From an uncultured Candidatus Melainabacteria bacterium (GTDB taxonomy: Bacteria > Cyanobacteriota > Vampirovibrionia > Gastranaerophilales > Gastranaerophilaceae): a DNA stretch of 64,000 nt. The notes under the pieces are model-generated. The model had not been told where the DNA came from. It did not search any database and saw only the letters and a program-made list of their open reading frames with translations. Below are positions 8,944 through 17,431 of the stretch, one piece after another. How positions within the stretch are numbered: position 1 is the stretch's first letter; each line of letters begins with the position of its first letter. Location: contig CAKVIG010000004.1 in the NCBI GenBank assembly GCA_934754515.1, forward strand, positions 41,764 through 105,763, in the 5' to 3' direction. The position numbers were made by a program, and so were the translations under genes.

Positions 8944-9012
8944 TACCCACCCGCATCTGTAAGGCTCGGCACAGCCTCGCCAACATCTGCGACCTCCCTA
9001 ACAAGGGCGGTT
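8944..9012. repeat. ~65-nt two-hairpin dispersed element (copy 1)
   Basis: ACCCACCCGCATCTGTAAGGCTCGGCACAGCCTCGCCAACATCTGCGACCTCCCTAACAAGGGCGG. It aligns with five other copies in the window. Confidence 0.75.
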
Positions 9013-9105
9013 ATTCGTAAAATACGTTCAAGATAAAACTCATGAAATTTTTTACACCATTAACTTTTACTAACAAAAAATATTTTCAGCAGTTTTAAAA
9101 TTAAT

Positions 9106-9918
9106 ATGAATATTCAAAGTTACAATCCCTCGTTTCAAGCAAATATAAATTCTCGCAAACTAAATTTTAGTCGCAAAGATTTTTATGTTAGTATCCGCGG
9201 ATATGGTAAAAATCGGGCTTGGGCAGATGAAGTTAAACATACCGCTGATATTGCAGTTAACCTAATAAGAAATAATACGCTAATTGAAAATATTTTACGA
9301 TTTATAACAGCAGGCATAACCAAAGCTAATCAACACAGCTATGATATTTCTAAAGTCGAACATACAGGAATTTTGCGCTGCCCGAGAGAGAATTGGCGCT
9401 ATGGTTCTGACTGGGCAGGGTATGAACTTGTTACAAATTACTCTAGAATAAATAAATATTCAATATACGATCATAGATTTGATGCAACATTTTTTAAACC
9501 TTTGAAAAAACCATTCAAAGACATTGATTTAACTGTTCCTATTATTGGGCGAAATGAAAAATACTTGCGCCATGGCGACCCTGACTATGTAGGAAATGCC
9601 TTTGAACATATTTTTACATCTTATCAAGAATTTAAAAATTCGTTTAACAGCAAAGACGTAAACGAATCTCAACTACCCAAAATCAATGCTAAAATTGGTG
9701 AAATTCGTTGGCTTTTAGCACATGCGACACCTTGGGAAAGAGGTTCGGATGCGATTTCTAATGTTTTAATGCGAGCGATGTATAAATCTTTGGGAATAAA
9801 AAGCTTTCCTATTATGCGCGGTATTTCTTTAGATTTGGAAGCCTATTGCACTGAAATGAGCGACTACAAGAAAAATTTCGGCAGCTTTTTTGAAAAACCG
9901 CCAAAAATCATCGAATAA
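9106..9918 (+). CDS. hypothetical protein
   Basis: 270-aa ORF with N-terminus MNIQSYNPSFQAN, similar to ORFs 747 and 62961. Conserved-looking C-terminal block HATPWERGSDAISNVLMRAM. Family not recognised. Confidence 0.6.
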   Translation: MNIQSYNPSFQANINSRKLNFSRKDFYVSIRGYGKNRAWADEVKHTADIAVNLIRNNTLIENILRFITAGITKANQHSYDISKVEHTGILRCPRENWRYGSDWAGYELVTNYSRINKYSIYDHRFDATFFKPLKKPFKDIDLTVPIIGRNEKYLRHGDPDYVGNAFEHIFTSYQEFKNSFNSKDVNESQLPKINAKIGEIRWLLAHATPWERGSDAISNVLMRAMYKSLGIKSFPIMRGISLDLEAYCTEMSDYKKNFGSFFEKPPKIIE

Positions 9919-10545
9919 TTATTTACTCATTGCTCTTGAAACAATGATATACAAATTAACAAGCATGAATCCCAAGAATAATCCTGCTGTTACGTCCGTC
10001 AAAAAATGAACTCCGAGCCACAACCTTGACAAGCATACCAAGAAAATAAAAATTCCGAACAATGAAGTCAAGAAATATCTCCAAAAATCTGATTTTGCAT
10101 AATGCAGAACCAAATAAATTGAAATACCATAGAAACACATTGTAGTTGAAGCGTGACCTGATGGGAAGCTAAAACCTGAATAGCACATAATCCCCGGACG
10201 TTCTCTGCAAACAAAATCTTTAAGCAAATCCGTTACAACAAAAGATGCTTGCGTGAAAAATATTAAAAGAAAACATTTCATGTATCTTTTTTCGGATATT
10301 AAAACACTACCTGCCGCAATTTGAGGCCAAAGCATGTGATTTGCACGCCCGAATTCTGATATAACTTGCGCATAAGAAATCGGATATGGCGAAAGCGCCA
10401 AACGAATTGAATGAAGTATATTCATATCAATTTCGCGCAAATTTGGCATATATAAAACTAATAATGTTAAAACAACAAGCACGACAAGAGATATTATTAC
10501 ATAATTCCAATTTAGTGCAGTTCCATATTCTTTATTCTTGCTCAT
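9919..10545 (-). CDS. PAP2-family lipid phosphatase (possible undecaprenyl-diphosphatase)
   Basis: 208 aa, polytopic. PAP2 motifs PSGHAS and SRLWLGVHFLTDV. Confidence 0.8.
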   Translation of the reverse strand: MSKNKEYGTALNWNYVIISLVVLVVLTLLVLYMPNLREIDMNILHSIRLALSPYPISYAQVISEFGRANHMLWPQIAAGSVLISEKRYMKCFLLIFFTQASFVVTDLLKDFVCRERPGIMCYSGFSFPSGHASTTMCFYGISIYLVLHYAKSDFWRYFLTSLFGIFIFLVCLSRLWLGVHFLTDVTAGLFLGFMLVNLYIIVSRAMSK

Positions 10546-10615
10546 AATAAATTTCCTTTTAAGTCAACAAGTGAATATAACTTGCAAATTGATAGCAGAA
10601 AGTTGAGAATTATTT

Positions 10616-10637
10616 GGTGCAAAAAATTGCACCCTAC
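10616..10637. terminator. conserved GGTGCAAAAAATTGCACC hairpin (copy 1)
   Basis: Perfect hairpin GGTGCAA-aaaa-TTGCACC followed by CTAC. It lies between two minus-strand genes. Confidence 0.6.
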
Positions 10638-10667
10638 AATTTTTAAATTTCCCAAATTTCCGTACGC

Positions 10668-11171
10668 CTAAATTCCGCAACTCTTAAACTTCACCACAGC
10701 ATCAATTACTTTTACAAACAACTTAATCACGATTGGTGAGATTTCGCTTACGCATACTGCAAAGAAAAACAATGCAGCAACTGCAGCTATTAATTTTTGA
10801 ATATCAGAAAACATAAATACTTTGTTTTTTCTAAATTCTTCAATTCCCTTATACTCATCCGTGAAAGGTTTTACAGGGAATTTTTCTTCGATTTTTTCAA
10901 TAACGTTGGCATACTTAACCTTAATCAAAGTGTTATAAGAATCAACGTTCATCCACCACAAAGCACTTACCGAAATTCCAAACAGAGCGAACACTAAAGT
11001 TGCGCTGATTTTATTCAAGAAAACAATATTGCCTGTATAAATCATTGCAAAAATCAAAACAACAACCGCTGTCATATAGAATTTGTTTGTTCTAAAGTTT
11101 CTGTCAATAAATTTTTCTTTTTGTTCGCAGTATGTTTTATATTCGTTAAATATTAGCTCTTCTCTGTCCAT
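10668..11171 (-). CDS. hypothetical membrane protein
   Basis: 167 aa with several hydrophobic helices. No family recognised. Confidence 0.6.
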   Translation of the reverse strand: MDREELIFNEYKTYCEQKEKFIDRNFRTNKFYMTAVVVLIFAMIYTGNIVFLNKISATLVFALFGISVSALWWMNVDSYNTLIKVKYANVIEKIEEKFPVKPFTDEYKGIEEFRKNKVFMFSDIQKLIAAVAALFFFAVCVSEISPIVIKLFVKVIDAVVKFKSCGI

Positions 11172-11213
11172 TTCTTATTTATCCTTTCATAAGTTTTTTT
11201 AAATTTGCTTTTC

Positions 11214-11283
11214 TAAATTGAAAATGGACAATTGACAATTGAAAATTATTTAAAATATTTTCCACTTTCCATTTTCAATTTAA
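11214..11283. repeat. inverted repeat with periodic arms (GGAAAATG flavour)
   Basis: AAATTGAAAATGGACAATTGACAATTGAAAATT pairs with AATATTTTCCACTTTCCATTTTCAATTT. Located just downstream of ftsH. Confidence 0.6.
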
Positions 11284-11295
11284 ATATATATCTTA

Positions 11296-13167
11296 CTAAC
11301 CTATGTTATTTCGTTTGTCCTTAACCTCATTCATCAACGCTTCAAATTCTTTTTCGTCTAAAGTTTCTTTTTCAAGCAAGTTATGAGCGATGTATTCCAA
11401 CATATCTCTGTTTTCGCTTAAAAGATTTTTTGCATGTTCGTATTGAGCATCAACAATTTTCTTCACTTCTTTGTCAATATCAGCAGCAATTTCTTCTGAG
11501 AAATCTCTTGTGTTGCCGAAATTTCTACCCAAGAAAATGTGCTCTTGGTCTTTTCCGTAGGCCAAATTACCCATCTTTTCGCTCATACCGTAAGTCGTAA
11601 CCATGCTTCTGGCAAGACTTGAAACCTTTTCCAAATCGTTTGATGCGCCTGTTGTAATATTATCCTTGCCATAAATCAATTCTTCTGCAACACGTCCGCC
11701 AAGAATCATCGCAATTCTATCCAACAATTGGTTTTTGCGCATAGTCAAATGGTCTTTTTCAGGTAAAGTCAACGTAATCCCCAAAGCCATGCCACGAGGA
11801 ATAATAGACACTTTGTGCAACGGGTCACAATCCTTAAGCAATTTTGCAAGAAGTGCGTGACCAACTTCGTGATAAGCAGTATTCTCTTTTTCCTCGTCAG
11901 AAATAATCCTGCTTTTCTTTTCAGGCCCTGCCATAACTTTATCAATCGCTTCCTCTAAATCAGGCATCTCGATTTCTGACTTGTCATGACGTGCTGCAAG
12001 AAGTGCTGCTTCGTTCAACAAGTTTGAAAGATCTGCACCAGTAAATCCCGGAGTACGCTTAGCAAGGGTTTTCAAGTCAACTTCTTTTGCCAAAGGTTTG
12101 TTTTTCGCATGAACATTCAAAATTTGTTCTCTACCTAAAACGTCCGGTTTGTTAATAACAATTTGTCTATCAAATCTGCCCGGTCTGAGTAGCGCGTTAT
12201 CCAAAATATCAGGTCTGTTTGTCGCAGCCAAGATAATTATGTTAGTATTTTCGTCAAACCCATCCATTTCAACAAGCAATTGGTTAAGAGTTTGTTCTCT
12301 TTCATCATGACCACCGCCCATGCCTGCACCTCTTTGACGGCCGACAGCATCAATTTCATCAATAAACACAATACAAGGCTGATGTTTTTTTGCTTGCTCA
12401 AACAAATCTCTAACACGAGAAGCACCAACACCTACGAACATTTCAACGAAATCTGAACCGCTTATAGAAAAGAAAGGAACACCCGCTTCACCTGCAACAG
12501 CTTTTGCCATAAGCGTTTTACCTGTACCAGGAGAACCTACTAGAAGAACGCCTTTAGGAATTTTCGCGCCCAATTTAACGTATTTATCCGAATGTTTCAA
12601 GAAATCAACGATTTCTTCAAGCTCTTTTCTTTCTTCATCAATACCCGCAACATCTTTAAATGTTGTCTTAACTTTGCTATCCATAAGCATTTTGGCTCTG
12701 CTTTTACCGAAAGACATTGCTTGCGCGCCGCCCGCTTGAATAGATTTTATGATAAGCATAATGAAACCTAATACAAGCAAAATAGTTATTAAAGAAGAAC
12801 CTAAACCGAAGGCAGAACCTGAATCAGCCTTCTTTGCACTAATTTCAACATTATTTTCTTCTAATTTATTTAAAACATCTGAATTTTCAGGAAGAACAAC
12901 TTTGTATTGAAGTTTTGGAGGTCTTACATCTCCATAAATCGGATTTGACGCACTCTTTTTTGCCTCAGGCTGTTTTATGGGCAGAGCAACTAACATGTCT
13001 TTTCCCATATCAACGCTTTTAATTTCTTTGTTTTCAACTTTTTGCAAAAAGTTTGTATATGAAAGTTCTTCCGTGCTGGAAGTAGGGCCTGAAAAAAGCA
13101 TTGAAACGAATGCCAAAATCATAATCCCAAGAATAACGTACATGCCGACTGATTGATTTTTATTCAT
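11296..13167 (-). CDS. ftsH: ATP-dependent zinc metalloprotease FtsH
   Basis: Walker A GSPGTGKT, an AAA second region of homology, and the HEVGHAL zinc motif. I placed the start at the second ATG because GAGGGAG lies just upstream; the track ORF begins 21 nt earlier. Confidence 0.96.
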   Translation of the reverse strand: MNKNQSVGMYVILGIMILAFVSMLFSGPTSSTEELSYTNFLQKVENKEIKSVDMGKDMLVALPIKQPEAKKSASNPIYGDVRPPKLQYKVVLPENSDVLNKLEENNVEISAKKADSGSAFGLGSSLITILLVLGFIMLIIKSIQAGGAQAMSFGKSRAKMLMDSKVKTTFKDVAGIDEERKELEEIVDFLKHSDKYVKLGAKIPKGVLLVGSPGTGKTLMAKAVAGEAGVPFFSISGSDFVEMFVGVGASRVRDLFEQAKKHQPCIVFIDEIDAVGRQRGAGMGGGHDEREQTLNQLLVEMDGFDENTNIIILAATNRPDILDNALLRPGRFDRQIVINKPDVLGREQILNVHAKNKPLAKEVDLKTLAKRTPGFTGADLSNLLNEAALLAARHDKSEIEMPDLEEAIDKVMAGPEKKSRIISDEEKENTAYHEVGHALLAKLLKDCDPLHKVSIIPRGMALGITLTLPEKDHLTMRKNQLLDRIAMILGGRVAEELIYGKDNITTGASNDLEKVSSLARSMVTTYGMSEKMGNLAYGKDQEHIFLGRNFGNTRDFSEEIAADIDKEVKKIVDAQYEHAKNLLSENRDMLEYIAHNLLEKETLDEKEFEALMNEVKDKRNNIG

Positions 13168-13289
13168 ATTTCTCCCTCGTTGTTTCATCTTTCGGTGAGA
13201 ACACTAAAACATTTCCCACACTACGGATTTAATATTGTTATTATAGCGTAATTAGTTTGTATAAGCAAACTTTCTGACATAAAAATAGA

Positions 13290-13411
13290 CACCTCACCCT
13301 AGCCCTCTCCTGTAAGGAGAGGGAATGACCAAGACTTGTTGATTAAAAGTAAAAAGTGTGTTGAAATGTTATGCTCGTCCGAATAATCCAAGACAGAGCT
13401 AGGGTGAGGTG
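13290..13411. repeat. GC-rich palindromic element (CACCTCACCCTA..CCCTCTCCTGTAAGGAGAGGG type)
   Basis: CACCTCACCCTAGCCCTCTCCTGTAAGGAGAGGGAATGACCAAGACTTG ... CTAGGGTGAGGTG. Related copies start at 16523, 57668 and 60524. Confidence 0.8.
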
Positions 13412-13514
13412 AAGATAAGAAATCAACCTTGTTTTAAAATGTAACTTTTTCTTTACAAAAAAGGCAATTATTTAACAAAACATGACTTTTAATATATAAG
13501 AACCTAGGAATATT

Positions 13515-14429
13515 ATGAGCGCGACTAATTTTTGGAACAATTTTAAAAACGGATTTTTAGACGGAATGTTTTTTAACAGCCCGTTATTTGGTTGTTTCAA
13601 CGGTTTTAACGGGTTTAACAATTTGAGTGTGTTTGGTGGTTGGAATTGTGGATTTATGGGCTTTGGCGGAACTTCTCCATCATTATTTTTAACGCCTAAT
13701 TTTAATGCAGGCACTTCTTTCCAATTGATGTCTGATATACCAATGCCTCAAGCTAATTTTAATTTTGATACTTCTAAAATGTTCAATAACAACATTTGGA
13801 ATAATTCACAAGCTGTGAATATCCCTTCTAACTTTAATTTCGGAAGCAACTGGAACAACTTCCCTACAACCGGTTTCAATTGGGGAAGCTTTGGTGATAT
13901 GATATCCAAAAGTTCAACCGGCACTATTGGCAAGATGGGATCTACATCTGTTAATGAAAAATATTTTGATAAAATGCTGAAATATATACATAGCCAAGAA
14001 GGAGGATATGCATATCATCCTGCCGATAATGGTGGTGCGACATGTAAAGGAGTAATCCAAACGACTTATGATAGTTATAGAAAAAGAAATAACCTTCCAA
14101 CACAGAGCGTAAAAAATATTTCTGATGCAGAGGCTAGAGCAATTGCTCATGAAATATTTGTAGCGTGTGGTGCTGACAAGATAGATAATCCTAGAGTAGC
14201 TTTAATGGTATTTGACATTGCCTATGGTTCCGGTGCTGCTAAAGCAAAGGAAATGTTTAAAAAGAGCGGTGGTGACATTAACAAATTGGAAACTCTTCGT
14301 AGGGAATTTTATAGTAACATAGTTCGTCGACGTCCTAGCCAAAAAGTATTTTTAAAAGGATGGAATAATAGAACTACACACACAATGGAATTTGCTAAAA
14401 ACAATTTACCTGAAACCAGTTTAGCATAA
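13515..14429 (+). CDS. GH108-family muramidase with F/N/G-rich N-terminal region
   Basis: 304 aa. The C-terminal half carries the GH108 signature EGGYAYHPADNGGATCKGV. The first ~140 aa are low complexity, rich in Phe/Asn/Gly/Trp. Confidence 0.75.
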   Translation: MSATNFWNNFKNGFLDGMFFNSPLFGCFNGFNGFNNLSVFGGWNCGFMGFGGTSPSLFLTPNFNAGTSFQLMSDIPMPQANFNFDTSKMFNNNIWNNSQAVNIPSNFNFGSNWNNFPTTGFNWGSFGDMISKSSTGTIGKMGSTSVNEKYFDKMLKYIHSQEGGYAYHPADNGGATCKGVIQTTYDSYRKRNNLPTQSVKNISDAEARAIAHEIFVACGADKIDNPRVALMVFDIAYGSGAAKAKEMFKKSGGDINKLETLRREFYSNIVRRRPSQKVFLKGWNNRTTHTMEFAKNNLPETSLA

Positions 14430-14589
14430 CAAATTTTCCATAAAAAAAAGCCGTTTCTTCAAGAGAACGGCTACCAGACTTGGGGAGGAGGTATGAAAAA
14501 CCGTTTGGTTTTCCATACCAAATTAATCGTCCAAATTTTTCAAAACTTTAGACAATTACTTAAAAACTCATCTGTTTGTATGAGAAACA

Positions 14590-15669
14590 CTACTTAATAA
14601 AAGGTAAATACGTTTTTAATTTCTTTAATCCGATGCCTATATAAGTAGTCGCAACCATTGTGATTACAAAATACAAATAAGTGTTTTGCGTCGGATTATA
14701 AATCCAATAAATATTGTGCAAATTTCTTTCTGCAAAAGGAATTCCATTTATCTTAAAGATAATTGCAGTTAAAATGAACATTACAGCCAAATGGTTTGCC
14801 ATAATATGATAAGTATTCTCGCCTATGAGTTTTATAAAGTTAATATTTTTAATGTATTCATAAGTTACATTGATAAACCACATAGAAAACCAAATTCCCG
14901 TAATACTTGTTAAAACAGGTACAATTATTTGATTATCAAATCTCGCCCAAACAAGAACATAACTCAAGCCAATTCCGTGTTCAGGCGTAAAATCCCTGTT
15001 AAAGTGCCACAAAATTGCTTGCAAGCAAATTACGGCTCCAAGGACTTTTGGGGTGAAAATATTATATTTGCCTTCGATTTTTGTTGTATAAAAATGTCCA
15101 AGATAGACAAAAAACAGTGAGAAAATTGTTCTTACAATCACAAGCAGAAGCGGTGTAACTTCAGGAACAATTTTGGTTAAAGGAATTGCCGAAAAACCCA
15201 AAAGAGTATAAAACGCAAATTTAATAAGTTCGCTTTTTTCTCTAAGCAGTCTTTGACAATACAAAAATATAATCATTGTAATAAATAATTGCGGTACAAA
15301 CCACATAGGACAAGATAAATCGAATTGGTGACCGTTAAGAAACGGAGTTATAAAAAAGTTTTTAAGGCTCAATTCCATTCCCCAGAATTTACCCGTAAGT
15401 TTTTCTATACCGATTGTAACAACCGCATAAAAAGCCGAATATAGGAAATATAAAACCAAAAGACTTTTTACCCTTCTTTTGATGTATTCAAAAACGTTAT
15501 CCAAGTATTTGTCTTTAAACAGCATGCCGGAAATAAAAAAGAACAAAGCTAGCTGAAAAGAATAAGGTGGAAACATATCAAAAAACCTAAATTCCAAGTG
15601 ACCTGATACAACTAAAATTATTGCTAACGCTTTTAATAAATTGATTTTGTCTGAAAATATTTTGTCCAT
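14590..15669 (-). CDS. acyltransferase family 3 membrane protein
   Basis: 359 aa, about 10 TM segments. N-terminal LKALAIILVVSGHL motif typical of O-acyltransferases. Confidence 0.7.
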   Translation of the reverse strand: MDKIFSDKINLLKALAIILVVSGHLEFRFFDMFPPYSFQLALFFFISGMLFKDKYLDNVFEYIKRRVKSLLVLYFLYSAFYAVVTIGIEKLTGKFWGMELSLKNFFITPFLNGHQFDLSCPMWFVPQLFITMIIFLYCQRLLREKSELIKFAFYTLLGFSAIPLTKIVPEVTPLLLVIVRTIFSLFFVYLGHFYTTKIEGKYNIFTPKVLGAVICLQAILWHFNRDFTPEHGIGLSYVLVWARFDNQIIVPVLTSITGIWFSMWFINVTYEYIKNINFIKLIGENTYHIMANHLAVMFILTAIIFKINGIPFAERNLHNIYWIYNPTQNTYLYFVITMVATTYIGIGLKKLKTYLPFIK

Positions 15670-15711
15670 AAGTTGATTGTAACATGGTTATTTAGATGTT
15701 CAATAGAATTT

Positions 15712-15774
15712 GGTGCAAAAAATTGCACCCTACCCTTTCTAAATTGAAATAAGTAGGGTGCAATTCTTTGCACC
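15712..15774. terminator. two inverted copies of the GGTGCAAAAAATTGCACC hairpin
   Basis: GGTGCAAAAAATTGCACCCTAC...GTAGGGTGCAATTCTTTGCACC between two minus-strand genes. Confidence 0.6.
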
Positions 15775-15793
15775 AATAAAATAGTTTACCCAA

Positions 15794-16063
15794 CTAACCT
15801 TCTAATTCATCTTTTTGCTTATTCAAAAGGTCTTGAAGCTTATTCATGATTTCTTCGCTTTTTTCTTGAGCGTCTGTAATCAAGTTATCAGCTTTTCTTT
15901 GGATGTCTTTTACTGTTTCGTCTGTTTTTTTAGCCATATCAGAAGCCATGTCACCAAGCATTTCTCTTGTTTCAGCACCTGATTTTGGTGCTAATAAAAT
16001 ACCTGCAACAGCACCAATAGCTGCGCCAACAGCGAAACCTGCTAAAAATTTTTGTACTGACAT
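15794..16063 (-). CDS. YtxH-domain protein
   Basis: 89 aa with a GGAG RBS. Gly-zipper helix GFAVGAAIGAVAGILLAPKSGAETRE followed by a coiled coil. Confidence 0.8.
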   Translation of the reverse strand: MSVQKFLAGFAVGAAIGAVAGILLAPKSGAETREMLGDMASDMAKKTDETVKDIQRKADNLITDAQEKSEEIMNKLQDLLNKQKDELEG

Positions 16064-16126
16064 AATTATTTTCTCCTTCTTTTGTAGTTTAATTTGTCTT
16101 AAGATTTTTTATATTGCCAAGTCGGT

Positions 16127-16495
16127 TTATTTCTTTTTACTAAATATTTTAAACGCAGAACACAAACCGCCAAAGAAGCCTTTTGACACAGTTCCCGTAA
16201 TACTTGTAAGTTTGCTCAAAAGGTTAAGCGGTGAATTTTTGATAGCGTCCTTAATTTTATTAACACTTTCATCTGCTTTAATAATAATTCCGCTTACAAT
16301 TTCAACTGACTTATTAATATTTTGCAATGTTGGAATAAGTTCAGTTTTAATAACAGTCGCTGTTTCATCAACATTTTTTGTAAGTTTAGATAAGTCAAAC
16401 AAAACCTTGATAAGCATTCCGCCAACAAGAATTACAATAACACCTGTTGCGTATGCCAAGAATGTTAGACTCTGATATAGATGTGTTGTTTCCAT
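16127..16495 (-). CDS. DUF948-like membrane protein
   Basis: One N-terminal TM helix then a helical region. I moved the start to the ATG preceded by AGGGAGAAGGAA; the track start is a GTG inside the GC-rich repeat. Confidence 0.65.
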   Translation of the reverse strand: METTHLYQSLTFLAYATGVIVILVGGMLIKVLFDLSKLTKNVDETATVIKTELIPTLQNINKSVEIVSGIIIKADESVNKIKDAIKNSPLNLLSKLTSITGTVSKGFFGGLCSAFKIFSKKK

Positions 16496-16522
16496 GTAAG
16501 TTCCTTCTCCCTTATGGGTCTT

Positions 16523-16656
16523 CACCTCACCCTAACCCTCTCCTGTAAGGAGAGGGAATGACCTAAAGTCGTTCAATTTATACTTATAAATATACCATTT
16601 CAATTAACAAATCTTGGTTATCCCCTCTCCTTACAGGAGAGGGCTAGGGTGAGGTG
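16523..16656. repeat. GC-rich palindromic element, complete inverted pair
   Basis: CACCTCACCCTAACCCTCTCCTGTAAGGAGAGGGAATGACCTAAAGTCGTTCAA ... CCCCTCTCCTTACAGGAGAGGGCTAGGGTGAGGTG. Confidence 0.8.
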
Positions 16657-16669
16657 TCTGTTTTTACCC

Positions 16670-16981
16670 CTAAATATCGTATTCAGACAAATCTTCAAGC
16701 TCTTTTGCTTTTCTCATTTTCTTTGACTTAAGCATGTTACCGAATTTTTTGTACTGTTTTTCTAATTTGTATTTTAACAAATCAATTGATTCCATTGCTT
16801 GTTTTTTAGCTTCATTTACAGCAGGTGAGTGTTTTTCAGCTAAATCACAAACTGTTTCTTTAACTTTAGCTCGCATTTCAGAACCGGGACGTGGTGCATA
16901 AAGAACACCAGCAACAATACCGCCGATTACACCTGCGATTAAGCCCATTCCGAAACCAAATGATGATTTATCTTTGCTCAT
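16670..16981 (-). CDS. YtxH-domain protein (second copy)
   Basis: 103 aa with GLIAGVIGGIVAGVLYAPRPGSEMR. Paralogous to 15794-16063. Confidence 0.8.
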   Translation of the reverse strand: MSKDKSSFGFGMGLIAGVIGGIVAGVLYAPRPGSEMRAKVKETVCDLAEKHSPAVNEAKKQAMESIDLLKYKLEKQYKKFGNMLKSKKMRKAKELEDLSEYDI

Positions 16982-17015
16982 TTTATCTACCTCTTTCTTA
17001 TAATCTATGCGCTTA

Positions 17016-17387
17016 TTATAGCATATTTTGAAGCAAGGTTAAACCCTTCCATGCAAATTTTGCAACTTTTGTTTTTCTTACTCTTTTAATAACCTTAATA
17101 TTTATAACCCAAAATAAAACCGATGACATTAGACTCTCGAGCTGTTTTCTTACAAACATGTTTCTTACTTCACGAAACTTCTCAACCCAAATCGGAGTAA
17201 GTTCTCTTACCTGTTCAGAAATTCCGTGTACAAGCTCCGTAATCTCTTGAATTTTGGGCTTTGCTTCAATTAAAAATTCATTTGTTTTATTGATATAAAT
17301 ATCAAATTTAATTAAGTTTAATAGAATTGCAAAAACTATTATGAGTTCTGCTATAAAAACTATTGCCGTAAAAAATATAAAAATCAT
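17016..17387 (-). CDS. DUF948-like membrane protein (second copy)
   Basis: 123 aa with an N-terminal TM helix then a helical region. Same architecture as 16127-16495. Confidence 0.6.
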   Translation of the reverse strand: MIFIFFTAIVFIAELIIVFAILLNLIKFDIYINKTNEFLIEAKPKIQEITELVHGISEQVRELTPIWVEKFREVRNMFVRKQLESLMSSVLFWVINIKVIKRVRKTKVAKFAWKGLTLLQNML

Positions 17388-17431
17388 ACTTATCCTATCG
17401 TATTTGTATTATTATATGATTATATTTTATA

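Noticed and set aside
8760-9012. Possible CRISPR array formed by the recurring GGAGAGGG-containing repeats.
   Set aside because: The copies are palindromic, variable in length and irregularly spaced across tens of kb. There are no uniform spacers and no cas genes in the window.
8944-9012. The 65-nt element as a tRNA or tRNA fragment.
   Set aside because: It has no cloverleaf, no T-loop GTTCxAxxC context and no acceptor pairing. The copies occur in both orientations.
8836-9036. Track ORFs running through GC-rich repeats: 8836-9036, 22529-22777, 59780-59989, the first 34 codons of 57957-59888, and the first 10 codons of 16127-16525.
   Set aside because: They translate palindromic repeat DNA into RGRGEGV/PLSLQERG-type peptides. 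They start at non-ATG codons inside repeats and lack an RBS. Better starts with a Shine-Dalgarno sequence exist downstream for the real genes.
14493-14600. A 35-codon ORF behind GGGGAGGAGG in the spacer after the GH108 gene.
   Set aside because: The SD-to-ATG spacing is only ~3 nt. The sequence overlaps two terminator-like hairpins, so it is more likely structural RNA/DNA than coding.
15903-16475. Long antisense ORFs: 15903-16475, 28691-29251, 58978-59481, 21180-21542, 39389-39763, 7384-7755 and 5931-6227.
   Set aside because: Each lies entirely opposite a gene with clear family signatures. Their composition is typical of shadow frames and they have no RBS.
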